Source: Lama glama (Eukaryota). From it: a DNA stretch of 64,000 nt. The position numbers and the translations under genes were made by a program. The notes under the pieces were generated by a model that saw only the letters and a list, made by a program, of their open reading frames with translations, was not told the DNA's origin and ran no database searches. The stretch lies in the NCBI GenBank assembly GCA_028534125.1, contig CM052818.1:40798001-40862000 (forward strand). Direction: 5' to 3'. Shown here in pieces: positions 25,100 through 37,900 of this stretch; within the stretch, counting starts at the first letter, position 1; each line of letters opens with the position of its first letter.

Positions 25100-25970
25100 A
25101 CTACTTGATTTCCAGACTTACTATAACTACTACAGTGATCAAGACAGGGTGGTACTGGAGTGATGATAGACAGANNNNNNNNNNNNNNNNNNNNNNNNNN
25201 NNNNNNNNNNNNNNNNNNNNNNNNNNNNNNNNNNNNNNNNNNNNNNNNNNNNNNNNNNNNNNNNNNNNNNNNNNATTAGAATGATTAAAATGAAAAAGAT
25301 TGATAACATTAGGTTTTGGTGATGATGTAGCATAATTGAAACCCCCATATATTGCTGGTGGGAACACAAAACAGTTCTATCCCTTTGGAAAAGAGTGTAG
25401 TAGTGTCTTAAAAAATTAAACATATGCTGATCATATCAACCAACAATCTCACTTAGATATTTATCCAAAAGAAATGAAAATGTGTGTCTACTTAAAGACC
25501 TATATTTGAATATTCATGGCTACACTATCCATAATAACCAAAATGTGAAAATAACCTTATTTTCCATCAACTGGTGAATAAATAAAAAATTATTAATAAT
25601 AAAAATACTGTCATATCACTCTACAATGAAAAGGAACAAGATACTAATACACACAACATAGATAATTCTTAAAAACATGCTAAGCAGAAAGTCAAATACA
25701 AAGATTATAAACTGCATGATCCCATTTACAGAAATTCTAGAAAAGGCAAACATAGTGAGGAAAGCATATCAGTTGTTGTCTGGGATCAAGGTTTAGGAGA
25801 GAGAATTAACTGCAAAGGAGCATATGGAAACTTCAGGGCGATGGAACTTTTCCTTACCTCAATTGTGGTGGAAGTTATACAACTATATATGATTACCAAA
25901 ATTCATCAGACTTTACACTTAAAATGAGTCTATTTAATTGCATGTAAATTATACCTCAATAAAGAAAAAA
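25100..25970 (+). mobile_element. Old LINE-1 (L1M-type) ORF2 3' part and 3'UTR, spanning a 100-N gap
   Basis: Left flank resembles the ORF2 LPDFKLYYKATVIKTVWYW segment. Right flank resembles the RMAIIKK...HCWWECK segment. Ends 'tgtaaattatacctcaataaag'. Confidence 0.8.
25175..25274. other. Assembly gap (100 N)
   Basis: Run of N. Confidence 1.
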
Positions 25971-26904
25971 GCCAGTGAAAAAGGAATCAAGTCTTTAGAT
26001 ATTTTTCTGAGAACATAAATCAAGACTGAGTGTGGGATCAGGTGAGCAGTTCAAAACAAAATTAATTACTTCAAAGCAAAACTTCATCCCTTTCAATATA
26101 TAATACTGGGTTTTTGTGCACCTCTAACCTCAGAATTTAGAAAGAGCTGTACACATATCTATGCAGTAATGTACAACTAATGTCAAAACAATAATTCCTC
26201 GAAAAAATAAAATTTACATTACACAGACATTTAGAATTGAGATTTCTAAAAATATGTGGCACTAGTTCAAAACTGGACAAACTTTTCAAAAATGTGGTGA
26301 TTTTAACAAGGAAATAACACTCTGGGTAGCCATACTGTCACCTTTTCCTATGTCAGGTCTTCAAGGTAAACCTACTAATTTCACAGGTAAATTCATGTCA
26401 TTTATAATTATTCTAAGCTATTTAAGGGCATTTGGGAAATTTTTAAAAGAAGCAGCTCACAGAAAAGTCCAAGTAAGAGTGTTAAGAGGCATTCAAATGA
26501 TTTAGTTCACACATCTGACTTTCAACTTTCAGATTACTTGGCTTTAGAGAATCAAAAATGCTCCAATTGTACATTTATCAACAGTTACAAATCAAGCATG
26601 ACATTCACATCTACTATGTATCTCTAGACTTCTGCTCAAAGATACACATGTAGAGACACTGATGCCATTAAATAGTGAGACATCATACTTATTGGTATGG
26701 AACGTTTCTAAGATACATTAACATGTTGGTACAGAATACTTCTGGAAGGATCAAGAAATTAGAAGCCATGTTTGCCTCTAGTTAAAAGAACTGGAGTCTG
26801 GTCATTAAGGACAGAAAGGAGATTGACTTTTTCACTCTATTTTTTTTTGTTCCGTTTCACCTTTTTAATTAACCACATTAAAGTATTACCTTAAAAAGTA
26901 TATA

Positions 26905-27136
26905 CAGTTGACCCTTGAACAACACAGGTTTGAACTGCATGGGTCCACTTTTATGCAGATTTTTTTAATAAATAAGTACTACAGTAGCACATGGTCTGCA
27001 GTTGGTTGAATCTGAGGATGTGGACCTGTAATTACAGAGGGATCGACTATAAAGTTTTATGAGGATTTTCAACTGTGCTGGGAGGAAGGAGGGGTCTGTA
27101 CTCCTAAACACCCTTGAACTGTTCAAAGGTCACCTG
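26905..27136. mobile_element. Tigger2-derived MITE (MER8-like, TcMar-Tigger), complete
   Basis: Terminal inverted repeats CAGTTGACCCTTGAACA / TGTTCAAAGGTCACCTG (15/17 match), TA dinucleotide on both sides, 232 bp. Confidence 0.85.
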
Positions 27137-27599
27137 TAATACTTATGCAAATAATCACTGATTTAAAAAATACATCAGTTCAATTAGGAAAGGTGGGTTT
27201 CTCGAGAGCAGCGACTGACTGCCTAAATTTAGTACTCTCCTCGTCCAGGAGATTTTATGTATATTAAGTGCTTCGTAAAAACAGCACTTTTCTATAACAA
27301 CATTAAACTCGACTCAGAGCATCTTCTATATTTTAGTGGAATTTTCAATAAACCAAAATCATAACTTCAGAGAAAGCACAAAAATTCAACAGTACTCCAA
27401 ATTTGAACCTAATTTTTACAATGTGGCATAATGTAATAAATACTAAACAAAACTTCCATCCCTGGTCTCGGGAAAATAAATCTCTTCACTTCTCTGGACT
27501 TATTTTCAAGTCTAGAAAGTAATGATGGCTGTGCATATATGAGTGAGGTTAGACTATATACATTTTGGATATTAAAGTCTGAATGAGTAAAATTCTCTT

Positions 27600-29725
27600 T
27601 GCTTTTAAAACAGCTTTACTGTGATATAATTCACACACTATAGAATCTATCTATTTAAATTGCACAATTCAATGGTTTTAGTATATTCAAACTTTTGCAA
27701 TAATCGTCACAATCAATTATAGAACATCTTCATCATCCACCCACTCCTCCCAAAACCCATCTTACTAGCAGTCTTTTCCCTTCTCCGTCCTCAACACTCC
27801 CTTCCTGCCAGGCCTTGGCAACCATGAATCTTACCTTCTGTTTCTTCTATATATTCTAGATTTGCCTATTTGGAACATTTTGTATGAATTTAATCATATA
27901 TGGTCTTTTGTTACTGGCCTCTTTCATGTAGCATGTTTTCAAAATTAATCATACTACAGTATTTATCAGTTACTTTTTTTTTTATTGCCAGTATTTCGTT
28001 GTATGGAAGCACCACATTTGGTTTATCCACTCATCACTGGATGGGCATTTGGGTTGTTTCCACTTTCAGGCTGTTGTGAATAACGCCATTACAGACATTT
28101 GTATACAAGCTTTTGTGTGGAAGTTGTCTTCATTTCTCTTGGGTATACACCCCAAAAAGATTTGCCGTGTTTCATGGTAACTATATTTAGCCATCCGAGG
28201 AACCACCAGCCTTTTTGGAAAAATTTTACACTCCTACCAGCAGGATATGAAGGTTCCATTTTCTCCATATCCTCAGACTTGTTGTCATCTTTTTAAATTC
28301 TAGCCATCCTATTAGGTGTGAAGTGGTATCTCTTTGTGGTTGATTGGCAACTTTCTGATGACTAATGAAGTTGAGAATTTTTTCATCTGCTTATTGGCTA
28401 TTTGGATATCTTATTTGAAGAAATGTCTATTCAGATATTTTACCTACTTTTAAGTTCTCTTTTAAAAAAACTCTTAGTTAACTAATTTAAAAAATTTTGT
28501 TGGAGGGGGAGGTAATTAGGTTTATTTGTTTATTTTTTAATGGAGGTACTGGGGATTGAACCCAGGACCTTGTGCATGCTAGGCATGTACTCTGCTGAGC
28601 TACACTCTCCTTAAGTTCTTTTTATTGAGTTGTGTTCTTTATACAAGTCCCTCTAGATACAAGCCTCTTTATTACTTTTATGATTCCCAAATATTTTCTC
28701 CCATTGTAATGTGTCTTCTTTTTCTTAACGATGTCCTCTAAAACACGAAAGGTTTTAGTTCTGATGAAGTCCGATTTATTTTTTGTCTGAGCTTTGATGT
28801 CATACCTAAGAAACCCTTGTCTAATTCAAAGTTACAAAGATTAATGTCTATGTTTTCTTCTAAGAATTTTATAGTTTTAGCTCTTACCTTTAAGTCTCTA
28901 ATCCATTTTTTGTGTTAATTTTTATATATTGTATGAGGTTGAGACCAAACTTTATTTTGCATGTGGATAGCCAGTTGTTAACAGTGGCGTTTGCTCGGAC
29001 TACTGTTTCCCCATTAAATTGTCTTGGCAGTCTGGTTGAAAATCAACTTAGCATAAATGGGAGGACGTATTTCTGGATCTTCAGCACTATCCCACTGACC
29101 TCCATGTCTACCTTTATGCCACTCAATACTTTCTCATTACTATAGCTTTGTGGTCATCAAGTTTTGAAATCAGAATCAGGAAAGGCAAGTCCTCTCCTAC
29201 CTTTTGTTTTTGTTTTTTTTTAAGATTTTTTTCGCCTATTCTGTGTCCCTTAAATTTCCATATATATTTTAGAATTAGCTTATCAATTTCTAGAAAGAAA
29301 TCAGCTGGGATTGATGGGGATTGCACTGAATCTGTTGGAGGATATTGCCATCTTAATATCAAGTTTTCTGATCTATGAACATGAACATGGGATTTTTTTT
29401 ATTTATTTAGGTTTTCTTTAATTACTTTCAATGATTTTTGTAGTTTTCAGAGTATAAATTTTGTATTTCTATTAAATTTATTCCGAAGTATTTTATTCTT
29501 TTTGATATTGCTGCAAAAAGAATTTTCTTAACTTCATTTAGTATTATTCATCGTGGGGGCACAGATATACAATTGATGCTTATGTACTGACCTTGTATCC
29601 TGCAACATTGTTGAACTCATTTATCAATTCAAATAGTTTTTAATGGATTCTTTAGAATTTTGTAAATACATGATTTTGTCATCTGCAAGTAGCAACCGTT
29701 TTATTTTTTCCTTTCCAGTCTGGCT
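27600..29725 (-). mobile_element. Old LINE-1 (L1M-type), ~2.1 kb of ORF2 3' half plus 3'UTR
   Basis: Degenerate ORF2 peptide 'SIPADFFLEIDKLILKYIWKFKGHRI' (ORF track 29123-29362) and continuous L1-like sequence on the minus strand. Confidence 0.85.
28465..28610 (-). mobile_element. tRNA-derived SINE (camelid Vic-1-like) nested in the old L1
   Basis: Reverse strand reads GGAGAGTGTAGCTCAG...GCATGCACAAGGTCCTGGGTTCAATCCCCAGTACCTCC-ATTAAAAAATAAA...CCTAATTACCTCCCCC, with Pol III A/B boxes. Near-perfect TSD ttaagttct(c)tttta at 28450-28464 and 28611-28624. Confidence 0.85.
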
Positions 29726-30331
29726 CCCTCTAGACTTTTTTGAGTGCTAAATAGATTAATGTACAACTTAATATTTGGAAGTACTGAAGTCAATATTGTA
29801 TAGATTCATCTTAAAACAAAAAGGAAAGAAAAAAGTGCTATAAAAGAAAAAGAACACAGGAAAAACCAAGGGAATTGAGAGGCAAGAAATCTGGATTCCC
29901 CACCACTATTTAATTAGCTGTGTGATCCTGAGCAAGTTTCTAACCCTCTCTGGTTATACAATCTATTTTCCAAATCTTCTTCCACTTGGCAGACCTGTGA
30001 ACTTGGGATATTTAAGAAGTAGCTTTCCTCAGTTTATTCTGCTACAATAACCATAATTTTTACTACATATAGTGATCATCTTCCACTTTTTCCTTTTTTT
30101 TTTTTTTTTTTTGTCCCTCACAAAAGAGAATAAGATTACTGAAGCTGGGAAGGCAACTGGAAGTATCTTCACATTGAGAGAAAATGTCACTCTCAGGAAG
30201 GTATAATAGAAGACAATCTGAGAATGTAGGCAATTATGAAGAGCTATCCTCTTGGGAACAAGCTGGAATGTCAAAAAATGCTTTAGAGGCCTGTGGAAGC
30301 AATGAGCGAAAAAGAGGAAATGGAGGGAGCA

Positions 30332-30337
30332 TTTATT
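30332..30337 (-). terminator. GEN1: Candidate proximal polyadenylation signal of GEN1
   Basis: AATAAA on the minus strand ~300 nt after the stop codon, followed by a U/C-rich tract. A second AATAAA lies at 30033-30038. Confidence 0.4.
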
Positions 30338-30633
30338 CTGTCTAGTACTGCACTAACTTTTTAAGAATATAACAAAGGAATAATAAAGATTATTTTTTAA
30401 AATGGCAAAAGTATGTTATAAAAATATACATCACCTGAAGTTTTCACTACAGAGGACTGTTTTTTAAAATCAAAGTTTTAGGTAACAATTTTTCTTATCA
30501 CAGTTTTGATTGCAAGGGACTCACAACATATAAAACCACATTAAATTTTTCTGCTATAAACTAGATACCTTCCCTCTGCTTCTGCTAATGCCACTAGAAT
30601 GCTGATTTATATCTGAATATTCGAAATTTCATT

Positions 30634-31943
30634 TCAAGTGTTTTGAAACCTTAGTTTTAATCTCTGACTTAAAGGAAGAGGACTATCCAAGTAAGTGCCA
30701 GAGTCGTCTTTTTCTTTGTGACACTGCAGAAAACTCAGAGAAACTTTTGGTGCATCTGGGAAGGAGTTTTCCTCATTTCCAGCTGTTTTAGAAACCTGGA
30801 CACACTGTTCAGTTTCTCTACTACGTGCCTTAGGGTTATTCAATTTGTTGCCATCATTTTTCTTGAATCGAGCTGGGCTATACTGCTGAGAACTCTGTTT
30901 CATTTTTCGAGTTGTGGACTTAGGTTTCCCAAACTCTGGGACACTTTCTTCCTCAGAGGAAGGTCTATCAAGGCAAACACTCTTCTTCATTACAATTTTC
31001 TCAGTGATTTGTGCATCCACTTTTCTGCTACGATGGAAAGCAGTATTTGATGGTTCAGTTCTAACATTGGAGGTCCCTGCTACTGGGTTATTGAGAGAAT
31101 AAGGTACAGAAGTATTCGCTTTATAGTTTTCTTGAAACAGCTGGTCTCCTTTTAGAACTTTACAGTTTCTAGATTCATTTTGCAAATGAATTCCTAGAAG
31201 GTCCTTTGAAAGATGTGATAGGCCATCGGAACTACTGTTAGCAACACAGCGCTCTTTTACAGTAAGGAGTGACAAAGTTTTTAGGCCAACATCTGGTCGC
31301 ACATTATTCTGAGGATATGATGATTTTATACGTATTCGTTCCTTTAAAGGCAAATCCTGAAGATGTAAACCAGTAATGCCAGAAAGCAGGGGCTCTTCTG
31401 GAGCAGTCTTTTGAAGATTCCAATCCAACAATTTATCAGTGCTTGTGGTGTACCATTCTGATTCACGTGACAACTGCTCTGGGATATTTTTAAAGCTATC
31501 AGGGATAGCCATCTCAAGCTCTGATTTTGGACCATGAGAGAAAGTATTCTTTGGGATCGCTGGAGAATCACTAAAAGAAGTACCTTCCCAGTCAATGGTG
31601 CTCAAGTGCAGATCAGCAATTGTGGATATACTATGGGATGAGGTACTGGGTTGACTAGATTCTGCAGTTACAGCTTTAATTTGCTGTGTAGCTGAAGGTC
31701 TCAGAGAAGATACGAACTGTTCCCGTCTATCCAGACAGGGAGCCTCTTCAGGTAAAAGCAAGGTATCCAATGACGCAGAAATAGATTCCTGGGGTAACGT
31801 AGAATCGGGGGAAATTCCCAAATTTAACTTGGAACTCCGCTTAGAGAAGATTTCACATGTGGGCTTGAAAGTTGTGTGTGACTGAAAACCCATCATAGTA
31901 TCTGATTCTGGCAAACTGCTTCCTTTGGACTTAATTTTCATGC
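30634..31943 (-). CDS. GEN1: GEN1 exon 14 (last coding exon; disordered tail with NES-like LLSGITGLHLQDLPL at 31345-31389)
   Basis: 435-aa ORF ending DSPLPLSQRLKLRFQNT*. Acceptor ttttcAG at 31944-31945. Confidence 0.95.
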
Positions 31944-34900
31944 CTGAAAAGAAAAAAAAAAGTATAACATAATTAAAATCTATTTTATTTTCCTTAATGT
32001 GGGTAAATAAACTAGAGCTGAGGTCAGAAATCTATATAAGCAATTTTTGCCTTCTTTGTCTTAGCCCATTCCTGAAAACTGCTGTATATAATTATTATAA
32101 AAGTATTAATAATATTATAATTGAGTGTTATACTATAAAATAATGTTCTAATTTCCTGAGTTCTCAAAAATAAAGAAAATGTATTTATAATCCAAAATAT
32201 GTTACACATACTAGTTGCTCAATAAAAGGTTAGTATAATTACTATTATTAACAGTTGGTTAAGTTAGCAGACACCAAGTAGAATGGTTTATTCTTAGATT
32301 ATTTTAGATTTTAATGCCAAGTTTGTCAAGACAGAGAAACAGGACAGCATAGATTCAAACAGGACAGGTAGCTCTTCTGTAAAATTTGTGAGTGGCATAA
32401 ACAGTTGTCAAATGTGACACTTACCTTTTTGTTTCTTCCCTTTAATTTCTGACTTTTGTTTTTGATAAATAGCAACAATCTCAGGATAAGCTGCTTCAAA
32501 CAATGATTCTTCTTCTATCGTTTGCAGAACCAGTTCTCCATGTTCATCTTCCATAGCATAATGTTCTAAGGGAGTAAAAATACAATAAAAATAACTTAAT
32601 TACAGGTTTGAAATATTCCATTTTTCCAGGTAACTCAGTTTACCAAGTAAACTAGGTCATTTGCAAATGAATAATTCATTGTAACTCTTGCTTTACAACA
32701 TCTCTATTCTAATAATCTGTTGATGCTAGTACAGAAGTGATTTTCTTCCACCCGGGAAGAGCTGGAAGGAGGTTCCTTTTAAATTAGAACTTGAAACTTC
32801 TCTTGCTTCAGAGATGGTAGGAGCAGTTTAGAGAACAGAGAGCTTTGTTTAGGTAAGATTCGTTGGTTTTAATTTAGTATGTTAAGTGTAAAATTCCAGA
32901 TAAAGAATGGAAATAAACAATTTCCTAAAACTTCAACATTGCCTTTCTGTAGCGGTAACTTCTGAAAAGAACAGAATTGAAATGGTCATCAAGATCTTCA
33001 TTCCAGGTGAAATAAGCCAGAAAGAGAAAGAAAAATACCCTATGATACCACTCATATGTGGATTCCAGAAAAAAAGAGGACACTAATGAACTCATCTACA
33101 AAACAGTAACAGACTTGCAGACTTAGTAAACAACCTTATGGTTACCAGGAGAAAGGAGCTGGAAAGGGATAAATTTGGGAGTTTGAGATTTGCAAATGTT
33201 AGCCACTATGTAATAAAAATAGATTAAAAAAACAAGTTTCTTCTGCCTAGCACAGGGAACTATATTCAGTATCTTGTAATAACTTTTAATGAAAAAGAAT
33301 ATGAAAACGAATATATGTATGTATATGCATGACTGCGACATTGTGCTGTACACCAGAAATTGACACACTGTGTAACTGACTGTACTTCAACTTAAAAAGA
33401 TACAGATATATATTACTGTCTTCCAGATTATTGTTTCAAAGGTTATCAATCTCTTGAGGATATACCCAGGCTTACTGGACTCACAAGCACCTCATAAATG
33501 AAAATGAGAATGCTTATATGTAAATCTACAGTAAGATATGTAAACAGCAGACTAGATTCTTGTGTTTATCCTATATGAGGGTGAAGTTGCATAAGAAGCC
33601 AAACTATAACAAAACTATTCGTTGATGAGTTTAAAGTAGAAACAATGGCAATAGGTGAACTTACGGTTTTTCTTGGTTAAACTAGCCTGGGGCACATTTT
33701 CTCCTTTAAGGAGTAACTCTCACAAGGATAAGAGAAAGGAGGAACCTAATCCTCAGTTCTAGACAGAGGAGATGCGCTGCCAGCCTGGGTTAATGGCACT
33801 GTCTTTCCTGAAAATCTACTATGGTTGGTGGAACTGTTCCTAAACAGTTTTCAAAATTCTTCAGCTTGCTATTTTCCTATTATTGCTTAGAATGGCTGAG
33901 CTAATTCTTATCATTTAATTCTTCAAAGTTACCTACAACTTAAACTTTCACTGACAAAGCTGTTCTCTCATTCATTCACATATAATTACACAATCTAATT
34001 TCAAAGCCAAGTAGAAATGAATTTGGGATTATTTTTCATTTTAAATGATTTGTGCTTTCCTTGCCCTCAGACCTGGAGCTAATTTACATTTCACTGTATT
34101 TCTATCCGTAGAAAATAAGAGTAATTTCACTACTAAATATTCCCATGAAAACTAGACAGAGTAAAGAAAGACGAGGAAAAGTACCTTAAATACTATTCAG
34201 CAAACTTGATTTCTTTAGGCCCAGCTGTACAATGAAATCAATGACCAGACCATTTGTAGCAGCATTTTCTTGAGAAATATAAATTAAAACCATTGCCATA
34301 TTGTTTTTATAAACATTAATTACAAAAGAAATATCAATTTAAGGCACTAAAAAATGGTTAAAGTTTTTCATATTTACTATCAGCTCAGGCTATTTACATA
34401 GTAAGGCAAACTATGAAATTAATCCTTGGTGTATGCCATACATTTCTTTTTCATTTTTTTATATACATACATAATTTTCACATATATATATGATATTTGC
34501 TAAACATACATGGTCAAATGTTATAAATTTTCCTAAAGTGCATACATACCAGGCTTTTCCCATTCTATTTCAAAGCAATGAACTCCATTTCTAATTCGAG
34601 TTTTAATGATTCTGAAAAAAAAAAAAACTTAATGAAGTCCCATTGCTATAGTTATTCAGAAATTTTCAATATGTAAATTGAAGAACTCAGTTTCCATTAA
34701 TTTTTATTCTGTTTTTACAATATTCTAAAATATTATAAGGAATTATTGTATAGTTATTCCTTTGACTAGTTTATTTAAAAGATAAAGTTTATAACTGTTA
34801 GATCTTATCAGTAGATTTTTCCTTTCATTATTATTCAGTATTCCTCTTTTCCATAATAATGATTTTTACTTTAAAGTCTATTTTGCTTCTGTTAATTTTG

Positions 34901-37900
34901 CTACATCACTTTGGTAAATATTTGCCTCGTAAATCTTTTAAATCTTTTTATTTTCAAACTTAGCATAATTTTATTCTGCACATGCCCTGTAAGCAGTATA
35001 TTGCTGAATTTTGTTTACTAATTCAGTATAATGTTTTTTAATAGATGAGTTTAATCCACCTACATTTATTGTGATTACTGCTATCGCTGGACTCAGTCCT
35101 TTATCTTATTTTGTTTTCGGGTACCAAGCTTTTTCTCTGCTATTTCCCCCTGTAACCTTCCTGCCTTCAGTTTGATAGTTTCACTTTCCTATTTTATGTA
35201 TTGGTTTTAAACCTAGAGACTGTATTTCTAATTGTTTTAATGGTTACCCTTAAATGTTTACATGCATACTTCGGGAGTTTTAGTTTATTATCATCATCAT
35301 ATACTGACTATCAAGCGTTATGAAGATATTTATATACTTATTTTTTCCAGTTTATTAAATTAGCTAAATATGTTTTATCAATTTCCATGCCAACCACTGT
35401 TTGTTGGAATCCACATCTTCCCTGAGTTCATTTTTTTTCTTGCTGAAATCTTCTTTTAATAGTGCTTTTAATGAGGGTTTGTGAGTGGCAGACTCTTGGT
35501 CTTCATACGTCTGAAAATGCCTTACTAACCAGCAAATAATTTTAATAATGTCTATCTATGCTGCCCATTTTTTTTACTCAAAGCTTTGAAATATTACTCC
35601 ATCATCTTCTCAAATCTACCACGGTCATAAAAAATGTACGTTATCAGATTGTCATTCCTTTGTAGCTTAATTTTTCTCTTTAATGTTTCTTCCCACCAAA
35701 TTTTTATTCTGAAAGTTTTCAAACCTTAAGAAAAGTTGCAAGAATACTACAATGAATAATCACATACCCTTCACTGAGAGTCACCAATTTGCAGTTTCAA
35801 TTCCTCCATTCATTTTACATTTTTGTTCCCTTTCTGGTCCATTGAAATAATTATCTAGTTAAGCCTGGCTATAGCTTTTTATATTTATTTCTTTTAATAC
35901 TCTATAATTATTATGTGTTTAAAGCAAAAAGGTGTGTCAAAGCATGAACTTACTATGTTATCCTGAATGTAAGCCCTGAATAGGTTTTTAATATTCCAGT
36001 AGACCTTTCCTTCATCTTTATAAAACAAGGAGATATATATCCCACTATTAAAGATACTAATAAGAATATTTTAGATCGTAAGATATTCCAATGAAAATAC
36101 AGGGACTCATTCATACAATTCTTTATGTTACCGGATTGGCCGTAGTTGGTTAGAGTTCCTTCTCCCAAGCTTCCTTTCTATCATGTCATAGTGGGTTAAC
36201 AGCACCAACAATTTCTCACATGCATAGTGATTGGGCCATTCCATTTTTTCAAGCGTAAATCTCTGTAAATATAAAAATATGACAAGATTTTGTGACCTCT
36301 TGGAGGCAAACAGCAGTCTCCAGTGATATTATCTTTTCCTTCAGAGTTAACGTTAGTTAAAGTCCTATCAACAAACATATTCCCAGAAAGAACAGTGAGC
36401 TTCTGAAGGAGGCAATATTGCATAATGATTAAGTGTGGGGGTCTGGGTTGGAGTGGCAGTGGATCTCCCAGATGTTGGGTAAATTACTTCATCTCTTTCA
36501 ACTTACGTTTTCTCTCTGTAAAATAAATCCAGCACACAAATTCTGAAGTTAAGTGAGATTACATGTAATGTGTTATATATAATAGCAAATTTTAAATGTT
36601 CAATAAATGTTGGTTGCCATTATTATCACTGTTGTTGGTAGGGACAAGCAACAAGTTAGTGAGCCACTCTGTTTCTCTAGCTACTATACCAGGGGTTAAT
36701 ATAAATAATCTCATTTAAACCTCATGGTGATTTCACGAGATAGGAAAACATATAACCAGGGTCACACGGTGACGGACTGTCCAAATTTAAATTTAGGTCA
36801 CTGATTTCAAATCCCAGGGCCCTTGTAAACTGTACTGTCTTCCGTAACAATATACTTGATCTTTACATTCTCTGGTTATTAGCCTCTCTCTCCCAGTAGA
36901 TCCCAGAATACAATATATCAGTACATGGTATTTAAGGTGTTTAGTAAAGAACAGCATAATTGTGATTCGTCTTATGGTCTGCAAAGTATAGTTACTGTGT
37001 GGCAAAGGAGTGAAAATTAGAAAGAAAAATATATGTGCATTCAACTAGCTAGCTATTTCAACCTTTCAGACCAATCAAAGTGATTATCCCTTCTCATCTT
37101 CCTCCTATCCAACTTTACACTGTAAAGAAGGAATTTATTTTCAGATACCTGAAACAATAATAAATCAGGTCTTTGGTACCTGATTTCCTTCACCAATTTA
37201 TCCTGATTCAAAAGGAATTCTTGAATAACCTAGCAAGAGAACAGAAAATAGCAATTGAGACTTTAAACTTCTTAGAAGCTTCTGAGATTAAACACATAGT
37301 TGAATTATCATTCATTACCTCTTGGAATGGGAATCCCTCACAACTGCAAGCTTTCCTGAAAATAAATTATATACATATTATTAATACAATTGGGCAATTT
37401 TAGACAGACTCTAAATTCATCTCATCTAACCTCTAATTTCATGAAAAATGTCCTTGTATAGTGCCCCAGTCATCAAACTTCTCATTGAAATATTATGAAA
37501 TTACTATCTTCTAAGGTAGCCTAATTTTTGAACAGAATTAAGAAAAGGATTTTGTGGAACATTACTAACCTACACGAGGGAAAGTTAAGTGGAAACAATG
37601 ACCACAGGTGTACAAATAGGTCACGTCAGAAAACAATCAGTACAAAAAACAAACAAACTTACTTCTTAATACTGCTCTCTACTGCGTTTAGTTGCCTATC
37701 ATGTTCTGCAAGGTGCCACTCACAAGGACAACGGTATTCATAATCATGTGGTTCACAATACCGATTAGTTTTACATAATTTGCATCCATTATGTTCATGA
37801 TCCTTAGGTGAACCTTTATGGAGACATAAAAAGTATGATTCTCACTGCTTTTAAGAATTAGCCTCTGCATACATTTTTTTAACCCTTATGCAACCAAATT

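Noticed and set aside
28530..28610. tRNA gene
   Set aside because: The A/B boxes belong to a SINE with an A-rich tail and TSD; no intact cloverleaf.
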